DNA of 64,000 nt from Oopsacas minuta (taxonomy: Eukaryota; Animalia; Porifera). The notes under the pieces are model-generated. The model saw only the letters and a program-made list of their open reading frames with translations, searched no databases and was not told the origin of the DNA. Of this stretch, positions 37,331-49,995 are shown in pieces. How positions within the stretch are numbered: position 1 is the first letter of the stretch; every line of letters starts with the position of its first letter. Both the position numbers and the translations under genes were made by a program. The DNA lies in contig JAKMXF010000177.1 in NCBI GenBank assembly GCA_024704765.1, positions 62,001-126,000 of the forward strand. Reading direction: 5' to 3'.

Positions 37331-38199
37331 CCGGTTTCATCAATCAATTTTGGACATACTAACATATATATTAAGTTTGAAACCGCTTAAATCGATAATG
37401 GTCAACCAAATTTTTGGCAAACCGAATAATTTTGCCTACCCAATTATTTGCTTAACCGAATAATCTCATTTATAGAAAATATAATCCAGTCCCAATAGAC
37501 TATAAACATATTCTATTTTTTGAGTTCGGGTCGCCTGACGTGAGAATTTGTGATTGCAGATACATTTATCATAAAGGAGCTAAATTATTTGGTTGAAAAA
37601 TGTATTCGTTAACCAAAGTAATGTGCTAAATCAAAATATTATTTTCAAAACCGAAACCAAATCCAGATAAAGGGTTGAAAACCGAATATCAACTATTCGG
37701 TTTCAAACATACAGGTAGGTGTTGCAATACTCTCAATTATATCAATAAAGTGTGCCCTAGACATTTCTACAACACTTATGTTCCGTGCAAATAGAATAAG
37801 TACTAAATAACAATGGAGAAACTAGTGGATACTAGATGAAATCTGGTACTTTGAGTGCTGATTCATGTCTGAAGGGAATGTATTTTATATCCCGAGTGTT
37901 TAAGATATATGCGAGGGAGTAGTACCAAATAGAAAATACATTCGGCCCAAAATCCACCCAAAGTTCACAATAAGTAATTTTCAGCATATCAAAAATATAT
38001 CCCAGAATTGATTCTCAAGAGTCTGGGTGCAAATCGTTTTAGATGGAATTTAAGATGGAAAGGAACCATTATACCATGTTGGATATCAACTTTCAAATTT
38101 CGATATTACCTTAGTAAATATAGAAAATGTCCAATGGACAAATGTGTAGTGAAATTCGTCCTAGGTCATGATTCTGACAATGGAAAAAACTATTAGTCG

Positions 38200-38499
38200 T
38201 TAAATCAAATAATCAATATCATTTGAGGTAAAAGCCCAATGTTTCAACATATGAATACGCATAATAATACGAAAACATGTAGATATACAAATGGAAATGT
38301 CAAACTTAAAATCTATATACTCAAATTCCCATGATTTACCAGACGCAAAATTGTATATGTAGATTTCGTTATGTTGAACCCAAATTACTGAATCATTTTG
38401 AAATATTTTCAAAAGGCTCTTATTAGCAATTAAAACGAACATTCCATAATTAACAAGCAGTTGAAACGAACTTCGAGCAAAATTTGGAAATATTTGCAA
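38200..38499 (-). other. Unidentified ORF downstream of IFT80, possible exon
   Basis: 99-codon frame with protein-like composition. No domain recognised. Confidence 0.2.
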
Positions 38500-38994
38500 T
38501 AATGATACTACTATGATTAATCACACTATAAATCACTGAATTTGTAACTTTCAACTTTTGAAAATTTCAAAATCGAATTCCACTCACCCAATTACCACTA
38601 CTGACAACTTGGTGATACCTAATCGCTAGATGTTTTGAAATAAATAATAACACCGTATCAAAATTTCAGATTAATATTCATAAGTGAGGAACAACTATTC
38701 GACTCAATATATAGGTGTACCAATTTTCATGTAATGGCACTGCTAGATTTCGCAAGGCAGCGCGGAGTGACTAGCGGATCTTACACAACGTCCATGCTTT
38801 TAGGATATCTCCATATTTAAAGTACAAATACTGATTCTCAATCCTGAAAAATTACATACTGCGGATGAACCCAAGTAAGCTAGATACCGTACAAGTTAGT
38901 AAAAAATCCATATTATTAAATGAATCTGAAGACCGCCCTAACAAAAAATTTTATTTTTAGGGTGTAGTATAACATCGAGGAATTGATAATATGA

Positions 38995-40281
38995 TCAAGA
39001 TTTAGATAGGAAATATTCTTCTTCGCTTTTCAATTTGACTAATATCTTCTTCCAATCTACTTCAATATCAGCGAATTGTTTAAATTTCTTTCTGTTTTCT
39101 ATGAGTGAAAGTGAATCAATAAATTTCATTCTAAGTGCAATGCAAGTATCGATATGGGTTTGGTATTTAATAGCAAATGAAATAGCACGATCCCAATTGA
39201 AAGCCATTAGATTAACTTCAATTGCTTTAAAGATATAGCCGCCTTGTAAATAAATTGACTCTGCTTGTGTAACCTTTTGACAAAACATAGATAAATTTGC
39301 ATTTCCAATTTCAGGATTATTATATTTTCGAATATGAGTCCAAACCTCCACTTTATCAATAGCGTTAAGTGCAGAGTATGCCACCTCAGAAACCAAAATG
39401 TTTCCTTGACTTGAAGCACTGCAGGCTAAACATGACCACAAAAATTTAGTACCAACAACTCTGCAAAGACGTATACAATCTTCCCATCGTTTTGTGCTTA
39501 TATAAGAATGAAGAGTAAGTATCTTAGAAGAGATGTAGACTGAAGTGACAGAACCATCAGAATTTCGTACAAGACAATTGTTTTCAGAAAACTCAAGTAT
39601 CTCTGGATTGTTACTAATTATAAAATCTAGAAAGTATTGTTTTGTCAATGGGAAGATATCTTTATCGATTGAAAGAAACATTGGGTTAAACCAAATGGTA
39701 AGGATTCCTTCTTGTATGGCAGCAAGTATTGGAAATTCTTTATGCCACATAAATCCTCCAACAAAGTTCCCCAACTTAACTGGATAAAACATATCTGAAC
39801 TATACAGAGAAAAGAAAATAGCAAAGAGATTATTATTTCTATCCAAATATGCCAGCTGTTGACTGTTTTCTAGTTGTAAATTACTCAATTCAAGGTGTAT
39901 AATACCAGAAGCGTGAGTAAAATTTTTTGTATGATCATTAAAAGATCTTGTGGAAACGAAATCGGAAATATGAACAATCTTTTCATCAGTACTATCCCTG
40001 CAAGCAACACAGTCATTACATATTGAAAGCGTTTTTGGGAAAAATGCAAATGTTCTGTTTGAAGAATTATGACTATTCAAAAATAAGGTACCATCATAGG
40101 AATATATTAGAACATTTGCCATCAGATCGTAGATCAATAAATACTTCTCTGTTAGATATATATTTGATGAGTTATGAAAATCATTTGAATCAATTATGAT
40201 AGGTGTGTAAAGAGATGTTAAATGATGAATATAACATTTATTCGCAGTTAAAACTACAAGATATTCCCATCCGACATTGAT
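38995..40281 (-). CDS. IFT80: IFT80 (intraflagellar transport 80), large terminal exon
   Basis: Acceptor TTCCTATAG, then an open frame INVGWEYLVVLTANKCY...YSYDG...CRDSTDEK...LAYLDRNNNLF...WEDCIRLCR...LWSCLA...FNWDRAISFAIKYQTHIDT, collinear with the IFT80 C-terminal half. Confidence 0.9.
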   Translation of the reverse strand: MNVGWEYLVVLTANKCYIHHLTSLYTPIIIDSNDFHNSSNIYLTEKYLLIYDLMANVLIYSYDGTLFLNSHNSSNRTFAFFPKTLSICNDCVACRDSTDEKIVHISDFVSTRSFNDHTKNFTHASGIIHLELSNLQLENSQQLAYLDRNNNLFAIFFSLYSSDMFYPVKLGNFVGGFMWHKEFPILAAIQEGILTIWFNPMFLSIDKDIFPLTKQYFLDFIISNNPEILEFSENNCLVRNSDGSVTSVYISSKILTLHSYISTKRWEDCIRLCRVVGTKFLWSCLACSASSQGNILVSEVAYSALNAIDKVEVWTHIRKYNNPEIGNANLSMFCQKVTQAESIYLQGGYIFKAIEVNLMAFNWDRAISFAIKYQTHIDTCIALRMKFIDSLSLIENRKKFKQFADIEVDWKKILVKLKSEEEYFLSKS

Positions 40282-43200
40282 CTATAGGAATTAATTAATT
40301 AAGGAATATGAAATATACATAAATTAGATAAAGAAGAATACCTTGAAATACATAAAAATAGACAAATTAACTCAGGGCAGTAACTACATAAATATGAATT
40401 GGAAAGTATAATTATTTTCTAGACGAGTCATAAATAAGAAGTGCATTGTAGTTGATTCGAATTACAAATAAGAAATAACTCATGATGTTAGCAAATATAC
40501 TGAAGCTATAATCAAGTACACCGAATATGACGTAATAAATCTCACATTCCACATCTAGAAAGTATTTGCAGGTCAAAAGGCTGTATGCGATCGCCTAATA
40601 GGAGTATATGTTGAAAAATACTCCAACTTTGAATTACTATATTACCCAAAAATACTTATCTTGATTATATAGTTCAATTATGAAATGTAAAAATTGTCTG
40701 TTTATACAAATATTAAAATTCGTCATGATAAAGATACCTAGTTATTGAGTAAAGCTGAGGCCATGAATTGCACTTGTTTGTGAATATTCACTTACAACTC
40801 GATAACGGTTACAATTATGGCCCAATATAGACAGCCAAACTATACTACATGCGGACTTCCCATACCCTAATTATATTCAGTAAAATTAAGTGCACGAACG
40901 GAACTTCGAAATTTGTACCTCTTATCCGGAGAACTATTAAAAGGAACAAAATCAAATGAAAGGTTTTTCAATCGATTTTAGTGTAGGGAATAGATTTGTG
41001 CAAATAGTTAATTGTATTATCCGGAAATTCGCATTAACCGTGTTCGGATTAACGAGGTTCTACTGTATTTTGAGATGATATCCCTGAAGATTATTGCGCA
41101 ATCTTGAAATTACCAAATATGGGCTCATTCAGGATTATATTACAATGTACGATACATCATATCGGTATGTACTATAGATTGGCCATCTTGATTTGGCCAC
41201 AATTATAACGATTTTCGATCTGTCAATGAATATTGACAAACAAATGCAATCCATGGTCTCAGCTGTACCTCAAGAACTAGCCAAATTTAGCATTACAATT
41301 TATGACATTTTGCATAAAAATATATCTCAATCATTTATAATTGAACTATAAAATACGAGATCAACATTTTGCCTTATATAGTCCTCCAAATTGGATGAGT
41401 TTTATCATAATATAGCTTATTAGGAGAACACATGACGTCTTTTCGCCTGAAAATATTTTCCAACTGTGGAATGTGATTCAATGCATCAAATTTCTAAAGC
41501 TTGATGATAGCTTCAGCATATTGATAATATCATGAGTTATTTGTACTTAGAATCAACTACATTGCAGCTCTTATTCTAGAAAATACTAGTAGTTTCCAGT
41601 CCTTACATTAAGTGATAACCTCACTTATGTTACAATTTCAATTGAATATGTATTTAGATTCATTCTTTCGAAAGAAAGCCAAATCAATGCTATGTGAATC
41701 ATTGCAATCATCAACTGAAACTGTTACAAACTCCTCTGGCCCAGAAATATCACTATACATTCTTAAATTTATACTATTAAGAAGCAAAAATCGATATATG
41801 TCCATGTATACGTACGAGGGCGACTGATAAGTTTTCGGGCTGATTTGAAACACTTGAGACAAATACTCATTGTCTGTAGTCATTAACACTTTTATACCTG
41901 AGATCCGATTTAGCTGTGAAATAGTTTAGTACTTTTTGGTTTGCGATATATTTATGTTGACAGGTCTGTGTTATTTTATTGCAATTTATAGAAGATGCAA
42001 AGACACTCTATATTCGGTAGTATATTCTTTAACAATACCCTGTACAAATACAATGTGATAAAGATTGTTTGACTAACAATTAAAGCTCATTATTTATCTG
42101 TTATTGCTTTGTGGGTTGATATTGATATTTATCGCCAAATTTCCAAAAATATCCATGCTCTACCATAAACCAGACCTGTCTACATAAGGATCTTTCAAAA
42201 AGAAAAGTACTCAACGATTTGATTGCAAAATCATCGATTCATCAGTTTGATAGAATATCGTTGATAATCTCTCTCAATGTATTAAATTTCTATTTCATCA
42301 CTTGTACTTTGTGTGCATACTTTCCTGCGTTGTCACGGAAATATTATTGAACAGTGGCCATGTGACCCCATAATGAAGGAAATTTCATGCTGATTACATA
42401 TATCTTTATAGAAACTTTATTTCGCTAATAATATGGAAGTTGATGTAATTTCATAAGATTCGAAACCCCAATTGGTATAAATTTAAAGTAATTCCATTTA
42501 CTTGTACTAAATCATGAAATATTTAGTCTTGGCTCATGGACGAATATTTGTTCTTCAATCTTACAGAAAATTCATTTTATTGTATCATTATCAATTGAAC
42601 ATCAAATAGAGAAAGAATTACGCCTTAAACATTCACATACAATTCATTTGGTCCGGGTAAAACAAAAGTATAGTGTGTAGAAAATACTGCACGAGTTTGT
42701 GCTAGAGAATAGGGTCGTTATCAACGTTTTTCCATCCGAAGTTACTGTATAAAGTGTATCACCCAAAGGATTATCTAAGAGCGGGGGACGCTCCTCTAGG
42801 AGTATGATTTTTGGTGAAATCGTATTTGGGAGCTTGAAAATTGAGGATCTTTCCCTCTATCGAAACACTAATTTAATGATTTAAGCTTAAAAAATTCGGG
42901 AGGAGCGCTAGGTGCGTGCACGGGAACCCTGTATAACCCCTGATATAAACTGACTATTGGAAAATTTACAACAGTTAAGTATATTTCAAATTGTGCAGTG
43001 TCAATTCGGAAATGTTAAAAAAGTATGGCAGCTGCGCTCCCACTAACTGAAGGACTATGGGACCGCTACCCAGCGCTCGCACATGGTGACATCTAAAATT
43101 CTAAATGTGCCGACAGCTTAGTTGACAATTAAAAATATTTGTACTCGCTACGCTTGCTTTTTTTGAACATTTCAATCATGTATATATATTCTAAAATTTG

Positions 43201-44186
43201 ATATATCATCATCACCACTAGTATAGTGATGTCAGAATGGTTTTGTGAGCTGTAAGTTTTCTAACAAAGCAGATCTAAAACATAGAAAAACTATCAATTT
43301 GAGTATTATTCCTTGAAAATTCTATCATAGCAGACAATTGGCCCCGACTACGCCACAAGGATAAATATTTCGAATGGGGAGCAACCGAGGAAATGTGTTT
43401 CGAAATGAAGCCTTCACACAAACATTTGAGAATCCAATAAGCGTGAATGAAGGTATTCTAATGGGTACAATTATAGAAAGTTACACCACCCAACTTTTTG
43501 CAAGATGGTGAAAATCGCTATATGAGCTGTTATAGAGTATGTTGAAAGATGAAGATTGAGCTAGAGATTTCTAAAATCGGTCAAGAAACAAAAAAGTTAC
43601 AGCTATTTTAGCTTATAAGCCAAAGTCTATGGGGAAAATTGCAACTTCATTGAAGCCAAGTATATTACAATAATAGTGTTGCAAATAGCATAGTAGTGTG
43701 CATACAATACTACAACATACCTAATTAACATTCCAATGTCTAAATAATTTGTGTTACCTATTAATCATTCTCTTAAATCTCCAAGTAAATAGACATATTT
43801 AGTAAACATACAATCTGCAATATTTTAATTTTATTTAATAATTATAACTATAGAATGGAAATATAAGTATTGAATTGAGTATAATTGGGAATGCTGCATT
43901 TTACCAACAAATCTATGCAAATTTCAAACAGATTTTCGCCTGTCATTTCACCAACAACAGGATTTCTATTGTGTGATATACAGCAAACAATGCCATTCTA
44001 CTCGTTATCAACGGAGCAAATTTGGAACAATATCAAATAATAACTGTGTAATATTGTCAAATAAACTACTTTTAAATGGTTTGAGCCCATGGCTGGTTCC
44101 ACTGTTTGAACAATGGAATTATTTTTATTCTCATGTAAATATCTAGCAATTATGAAAAACTAGTAATTAGCATGCAAGAGATGTAT

Positions 44187-45128
44187 CTAAGTGACAGTAT
44201 ATTGGTTTCTTATTTCTATTATTAAGTTGTGAAATGGATTGTCACCATATTTCTTTCTCCAGCAATATTCAGCGAGGTATGTATCCAGGAGCTCGGGGTT
44301 GGTGGTCATAAAATTTCTCATCTTTTTCTTGGCTTGACCCCAAGTGCTTTCGATTGTTTGTATGTGAATCTCTGTCCCAGGGACCACAAACTGGATACTG
44401 TGATTAACAGTCAAATGGGTAAACGTAGCTGGTGGAATAAGATTGTATGAAGCCCATTCATCGCTTAGAACAATAGTACCCGGTTTGATATATTGTTCTA
44501 TAATGGGAATCAAAGTAGAAGCTGATCTATCTTCAACTGTGACCATGAAAGCTTCTTTGGTCACTCTATCAATCCCACCAAACACCCATTTTCCTGATAG
44601 TTGCCTTCCTTGATGGTACTTTCATTTCCCAAATTCGCTTTCATCGATCTCAACGATGTGCCCATGCCCTCCGATTGGTTCGGGATTAGAGAGATACTTC
44701 TCCGCACAGATATCCCTCAAGAAATTTTTCCAATCCGTGATGGCGTTTGGAGACCACTTAAGATTAAGGGTTAAGAAATGTGTACTTTGTAGTCCTTCTG
44801 CCCAAAAATACAGAAATACCACCAACTGAGTAAGAGGAATATTGGATCCCTTAAAGAATGATCCTACTCGTAGGGATGCACATTTCTTGCAACCCTTTTC
44901 AGGACATCTCCAACCTCTCCCTTCGTGCGCCTTAGAAAATACGCCTTCCGACATGTTTGCCCCACATTTACATCTCATACCTCTTGCTAATAATCCATGA
45001 ACCCTCAACCAATCGATACAATTGTCACGATTGATGGTTATCCTTAAGAATAATTCCTTCAATCCAATCTCATCGACGAACGGAAAAGATGTAGGCATCA
45101 TCACAGGTCTAAATACGGGAGTAGCCAT
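44187..45128 (-). pseudogene. Merlin/ISXO2-like transposase with one in-frame TGA (44622-44624)
   Basis: CKCG...WRCPEKGC zinc ribbon, VEIDESEFGK*KYHQGR, WVFGGIDR, SDEWASY, VNHS and IESTWG. Both ORF pieces are in the same frame. Confidence 0.92.
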
Positions 45129-45649
45129 GAAAATTGCGACAATCGTGAAAGATATAAGTTTGAAATGATATGCAATTATATTTCTGATATCGAAATAAAA
45201 CGTTTATATTTATAGAGATTGGTTAGATCTGTCTACTTGGAGATGATCCACCCTATTGATTTGCTTTTTATCACTCAGATAGAAAATCAATTGTTACTTT
45301 TTCAACCATGAAAAAGCCAAACTACATTAACATGCAAGAAAAAGTATACACAAACCATTTGAAAATATCAAAAACTATACAAATGCAAATAATTCGCATG
45401 AAGAACAATATAATTCATCAACAGCCATTATAATTCATTATTTTATGAGGTTATGAGTTTGTTCCAACACGCATGGCAGATAACCATCTCTAACTTGTAA
45501 AGGAATACTTAGAATATGCTAAAAGCGGTTCATTTTTATTTATTATAATTCACTGAAGGGTATATTCACTCATTCGTGTAGGTTCTTTGTCTTTCCTATA
45601 GATTATAATATTGAATTTAACCTTTTGTATTGCTCTATATTTTGAAACA

Positions 45650-45845
45650 TGACTAAGTCAGAAAATTATTCTTACTCTAATAGCAAACAGCCGTATAACC
45701 AAGTACGTGAAAGCCTCCTTGTCCTACAGTTCAGGGGGTCCAGTAGCAAGCAGCCCCCTGAACTGTAAGACGTAGAGGCTTTAACGGACTTTGTCATAAG
45801 GCTGCTTGTTACTGGAGTAATCAATAATTTTCGTCCTAATTCCAG
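45650..45845. repeat. ~190-bp foldback element inside the Merlin
   Basis: Inner arms TACAGTTCAGGGGG / CCCCCTGAACTGTA are perfect. Outer arms are progressively degenerate. Confidence 0.65.
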
Positions 45846-46922
45846 TTTCCTTATATGGGAATTTTGCTCGAATTTTCGGCCTTAATCAGTGAACCCAATA
45901 CTGTATTTTACTAATACAATTTGAATTGATTCACAAAGAAGCTCTTACATTAGTTATCCCAAAAGTTGCTAGATAGAGTATCCCACAACCCCATGCAAAA
46001 TAAAGTCATTAGTTCTCATAAGTTCTCAATCAATTCCAGACAAAAACCAAAAATATGCATACCATGAAATACAGTTTCATGCAAATCGGTTGCATAGAAG
46101 TTTCATGGAAGTGTAAAAGGTGTCCTGTGTTATAGTATGATTTGATAAATTTATAAAATTTCATTGAAAGATTTGTTTTAAGCCCCCTTACGCATGCAAC
46201 AATATTTATGTGCAACATTTTGGCATGCAACGATCAATACACACGATGCAAAAATTTTGTGTATGCCATCCCATAATACACGGTACAACATAGTTGCATT
46301 GTGTATAGTGGGCTTTACATTAATCAAACGAAAAAGAATCGCTGGAGATTATTAGAAGATGTGATACACGAGGAATAGAACTAACAACTGTCTCCATTTA
46401 AGTTCAAGTAGTTACTAAATAATCTCTTGATATGTAGTTAATTAACAGAATATCATTATTGCAGATTGTATGTTTACTAAATATGTCTATTTACTTGGAG
46501 ATTTAAGAGAATGATTAATAGGTAACACAAATTATTTAGACATTGGAATGTTAATTAGGTATGTTGTAGTATTGTATGCACACTACTATGCTATTTGCAA
46601 CACTATTATTGTAATATACTTGGCTTCAATGAAGTTGCAATTTTCCCCATAGACTTTGGCTTATAAGCTAAAATAGCTGTAACTTTTTTGTTTCTTGACC
46701 GATTTTAGAAATCTTTAGCTCAATCTTCATCTCTCAACATACTCTATAACGACTCATATAGCGATTTTTACCATCTTGCAAAAAGTTGGGGGGTGTAACT
46801 TTCTATAATTGTACCTTCTAATGTGGGACTAGAAGATTTAAAATGTTGGTATTGAAAGGAGAAGTAAGTGAAATGTATAAGAAATAGCCGAAAGTAATCA
46901 ACATTGTGTGATAAATTCTTAC

Positions 46923-47113
46923 ATTTATAATCACTTCAGGACAATCAATAAATTCGTCTATGTTAGTTGAATAATTGCGTAGAATGATTGAGCAATCTTG
47001 AATTACATTAGCATAGTATTGCATCCAGGTAGACTCAAGATTATATATGTTATACAACAATACAGAGCCAGCACTAGATGCCAAAACCAACTTAATAGCA
47101 TCAGGACACCATT
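46923..47113 (-). CDS. IFT80: IFT80 internal exon (191 nt)
   Basis: Polypyrimidine tract-TTTAG acceptor and AAT|GTAAGA donor. EWCPDAIKLVLASSAG...W...ILRNYSTNIDEFIDCPEVIIN splices in frame to INVGWEYL and aligns without gaps to the IFT80 segment AWSIDGTQIAGACGNG...RDRVIKASLNYAHL. Confidence 0.8.
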
Positions 47114-47744
47114 CTAAACAAGAAAAGATAAAATAAACCATTAAATAAATAAATAATAGACAAGAAAATTATGTGGGAGCCGAATAGTCATATTGCCTTA
47201 CATTAAATATTTTCGGAGTGTGACCATATTACTTAAATATGGCATCTATAATTTCAAAATTAATGGATGAAATATCTAAATATTAATTTAAACAAAATAT
47301 AAATATTTGTCATCATATAGTTGGCTCATTTATCAATTACAGTAGGGACCATGGATGTCACTTTTGAATACCAATTAAAATTAAATAATCCTGAAATTTT
47401 TTCTTCAAGTCAAATCAGTATAGCCTCCTTATAGTATATACCAGGCTACCCATAAGCTTGGAATACATTCTGACATGAAAGCTCCAAAATAATTCCTAGT
47501 CATAGCCTACTAAATATAAGGCCTAACAATAAAAGTGCAAAGGATGTAGTTTTAGCGGAATCATTGTATTCATGGATTCTTTAGTGTTGCAAAGGTGCAT
47601 TTTTGCAAGAATATATGTATTGCATATTAGTGAAACGTCAAATTTTATACAAATATATGGTAAAATGTTCAGCAATGCGTGAAAATATGTGCCTAGTTAG
47701 CATTTATTTAGTAAAATATGTCATTGGCTCGTTGTTGAATTACA

Positions 47745-48086
47745 GTAGAGGTCATGGATGACATTGGTTTATGAATATTCAAATATAACTCAAGAATCGT
47801 TGAAGTTATGGTAAAATCTTAGTAGCCAATTATACTATACCCGACTTCCCATAACATTTGAATACATTTTGATATGAAACAATTGAAGAGTATTGCAGAA
47901 TCTTGAAAATGAACATATATGGGAATTGTCACATTGACGCGAAATAGCATATCAAAATGTATCACAAAAGGTATGGGAAGTCTGGGTAATAGTATAAATG
48001 AGGACTATCCTGATATATGCCATCATTTTAATGATTCTCGATTTATATTTGAACATCCATAAATTTCAACATCCATAGTCTCTACC
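47745..48086. mobile_element. pogo-like MITE containing a second nested MITE (47831-47996)
   Basis: Outer arms CAGTAGAGGTCATGGATG / CATCCATAGTCTCTACCG. Inner arms TATACTATACCCGACTTCCCATA / TATGGGAAGTCTGGGTAATAGTATA. Confidence 0.55.
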
Positions 48087-48389
48087 GTCCCTCGCCAACT
48101 AGTCAACTTTGGAATCACTAGTATTAGACATTTTATATATAAGTATCTATAGATCCTTTCATGTATTCACTTTGAATTGATAAATGCAATATTTAACGTT
48201 CTACAAAACTGCAAAGAATGATATATTTTATTAAATAAATTCTTCCTAGATACATATTTTGACACATTCCTAAAATTTTTAGCATTTATTAGCATAAATT
48301 TTGATGTCCTATAGATATGTAATACATTTATTCAGGCAAAAATGAATTTTTCTGCAATAAAGAAACTTTGTCTGTCAATGCTTTAAGCT

Positions 48390-48910
48390 AGTACTGCATT
48401 TTCAGAGGCTTATATCTTAAAAATTTCAGAAATGGAAACTAAAACAGCAGGAGCCGCAGACAAATTGCAACGATGATTTGGTATGTGAATATGAAAATCG
48501 TTCAGTGATTTCAGAGCACAAAAAAGAACATTTTCTTTTGTTTCAGATCCTTGGCTTATTCTTCAGGAGGAACTTAGTGAATCACACCATACATTAAGAA
48601 CTAAATCCTGACCGAATGGCAAATGGAGTTAGTTGAAATTCAGTCAAATGATGTACTAAGAAGGACGCATGCAACAGTTTAGAGCTTGACATTATTCTGG
48701 AGTCAGGAACATCAGAAAAATCTGAGAAATATAGCAATTATTGTGCTGTCAATGTTTGGATCAACATATTGTTGCGAAAAACATTTTCTGTGATGAATGC
48801 AGTAGAGTAGACGATGAGGAATAGTATTACAACTCAACACACATCTGAATTAATGAAAGTTGCAGCGACAAGTGCATCCATTATACTACTATAAAACTAT
48901 TCATTTAGCT
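48390..48910 (+). pseudogene. hAT (SPIN/Charlie-like) transposase C-terminal dimerisation-domain remnant
   Basis: Translates (with indels) QMELVEIQSND...LRNIAIIVLSMFGSTYCCEKxFSVMN...MRNSITTQH. Confidence 0.7.
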
Positions 48911-48989
48911 ATCATTGATGATCGATGTATTTCACATTGGATATTAAACCTAGTACTTCTATAATACTTACAAATAAATTTGCATCAAA

Positions 48990-49500
48990 TACGTATTGAA
49001 GGAATCAGGTAAAATAGAATATCAAATAACTTATGAATGTCTCCCTAGAAGTTAGAAGTAAAGGGAGATTGCATAATCTCTCTCGATACAAAGTAGAATC
49101 AATTTGACCGACAAGAGGAAATCTTGAAGCAATGGAACGACTAACAGAGAGCGTAGCTGCAGCATCACAATATAACGTTGGTATAGGAGTTAGTTGAGTC
49201 TTTGCCTTCATTTTCAGTTCAGAAACTACTAATTCAATGGCCGTAGCATCTGAATCTGGGATACAATGTTCACGGTGAGAGAATTCTAGTTTGAATATCA
49301 TTGTTCCACTGATTATTTATATTATAGATACAGTCATTGCAATTTCGAGTGCGACAACGCCATCATTTCTTAGTATTGGCCGACGGTTATTTGTCAAATC
49401 TATAAGAATGACCTCAAAACTTAACGCAAGACACATTTTAGTTGTTGTATACCAAGATGCCATTTGGTAGAATAATTTTCTTTGACATGGACAAGGTTCC
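48990..49500 (-). pseudogene. MULE N-terminal (FLYWCH) remnant
   Basis: GHSYRFDK...KKWRCRTRNC followed by HSHREHCIPD...ELKMKAK, a FLYWCH-MULE layout. Confidence 0.55.
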
Positions 49501-49995
49501 TATTATACGTATTTGGTCTATAATACCTACATGTGTATTATTGTAACTCCAAAAAGTTGCTTTTATTCGAGTCTCATTTTGAAAACTTTACAAATTGTGA
49601 TATGGATTCGCTTAAGTGGGGAAACCTCATAAGAACTCCACGAGCAAGAATTCCACCAGAATTTAGTTCCAGAGGGAAGTTCGAAATACAGGACTTACAC
49701 TTGGCATATCTTTCATTGTACCATTGATGGCGAGTAAATGGCCATATACGTAAAGATAAGGTCTAAATACGCGTATAAATACGGTATCAGAATACAAGCT
49801 TGTCTGTCAAAAAATATTAATTTTCTTACTACGTAAAGGCAATTTTTGGATGATTTCGAGAGTTTCTAGCCTGTTCTCAACGAAGTAATTGGTACGGCAA
49901 AAAATTCCATTGAAAAGATGACTAACTAAAGCCAATATTTAGAAGAAAGAATTGAATAAATATGAGATATTGCAATTTTGATTTAAGGGTCCAAG

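Larger units (their letters stand above)
43464..46815 (-). mobile_element. Complete Merlin (ISXO2/IS1595-like) DNA transposon with 359-bp TIRs
   Basis: TIRs at 43464-43822 and 46457-46815 start GGTACAATTATAGAAAGTTACAC and differ at only a handful of positions. The 8-bp TSD TTCTAATG is at 43456-43463 and 46816-46823. Confidence 0.95.

Noticed and set aside
40700-41890. Additional IFT80 exons inside the 6.6-kb intron
   Set aside because: The two identified exons already join in frame with gap-free alignment to IFT80, and the intervening frames show no similarity.
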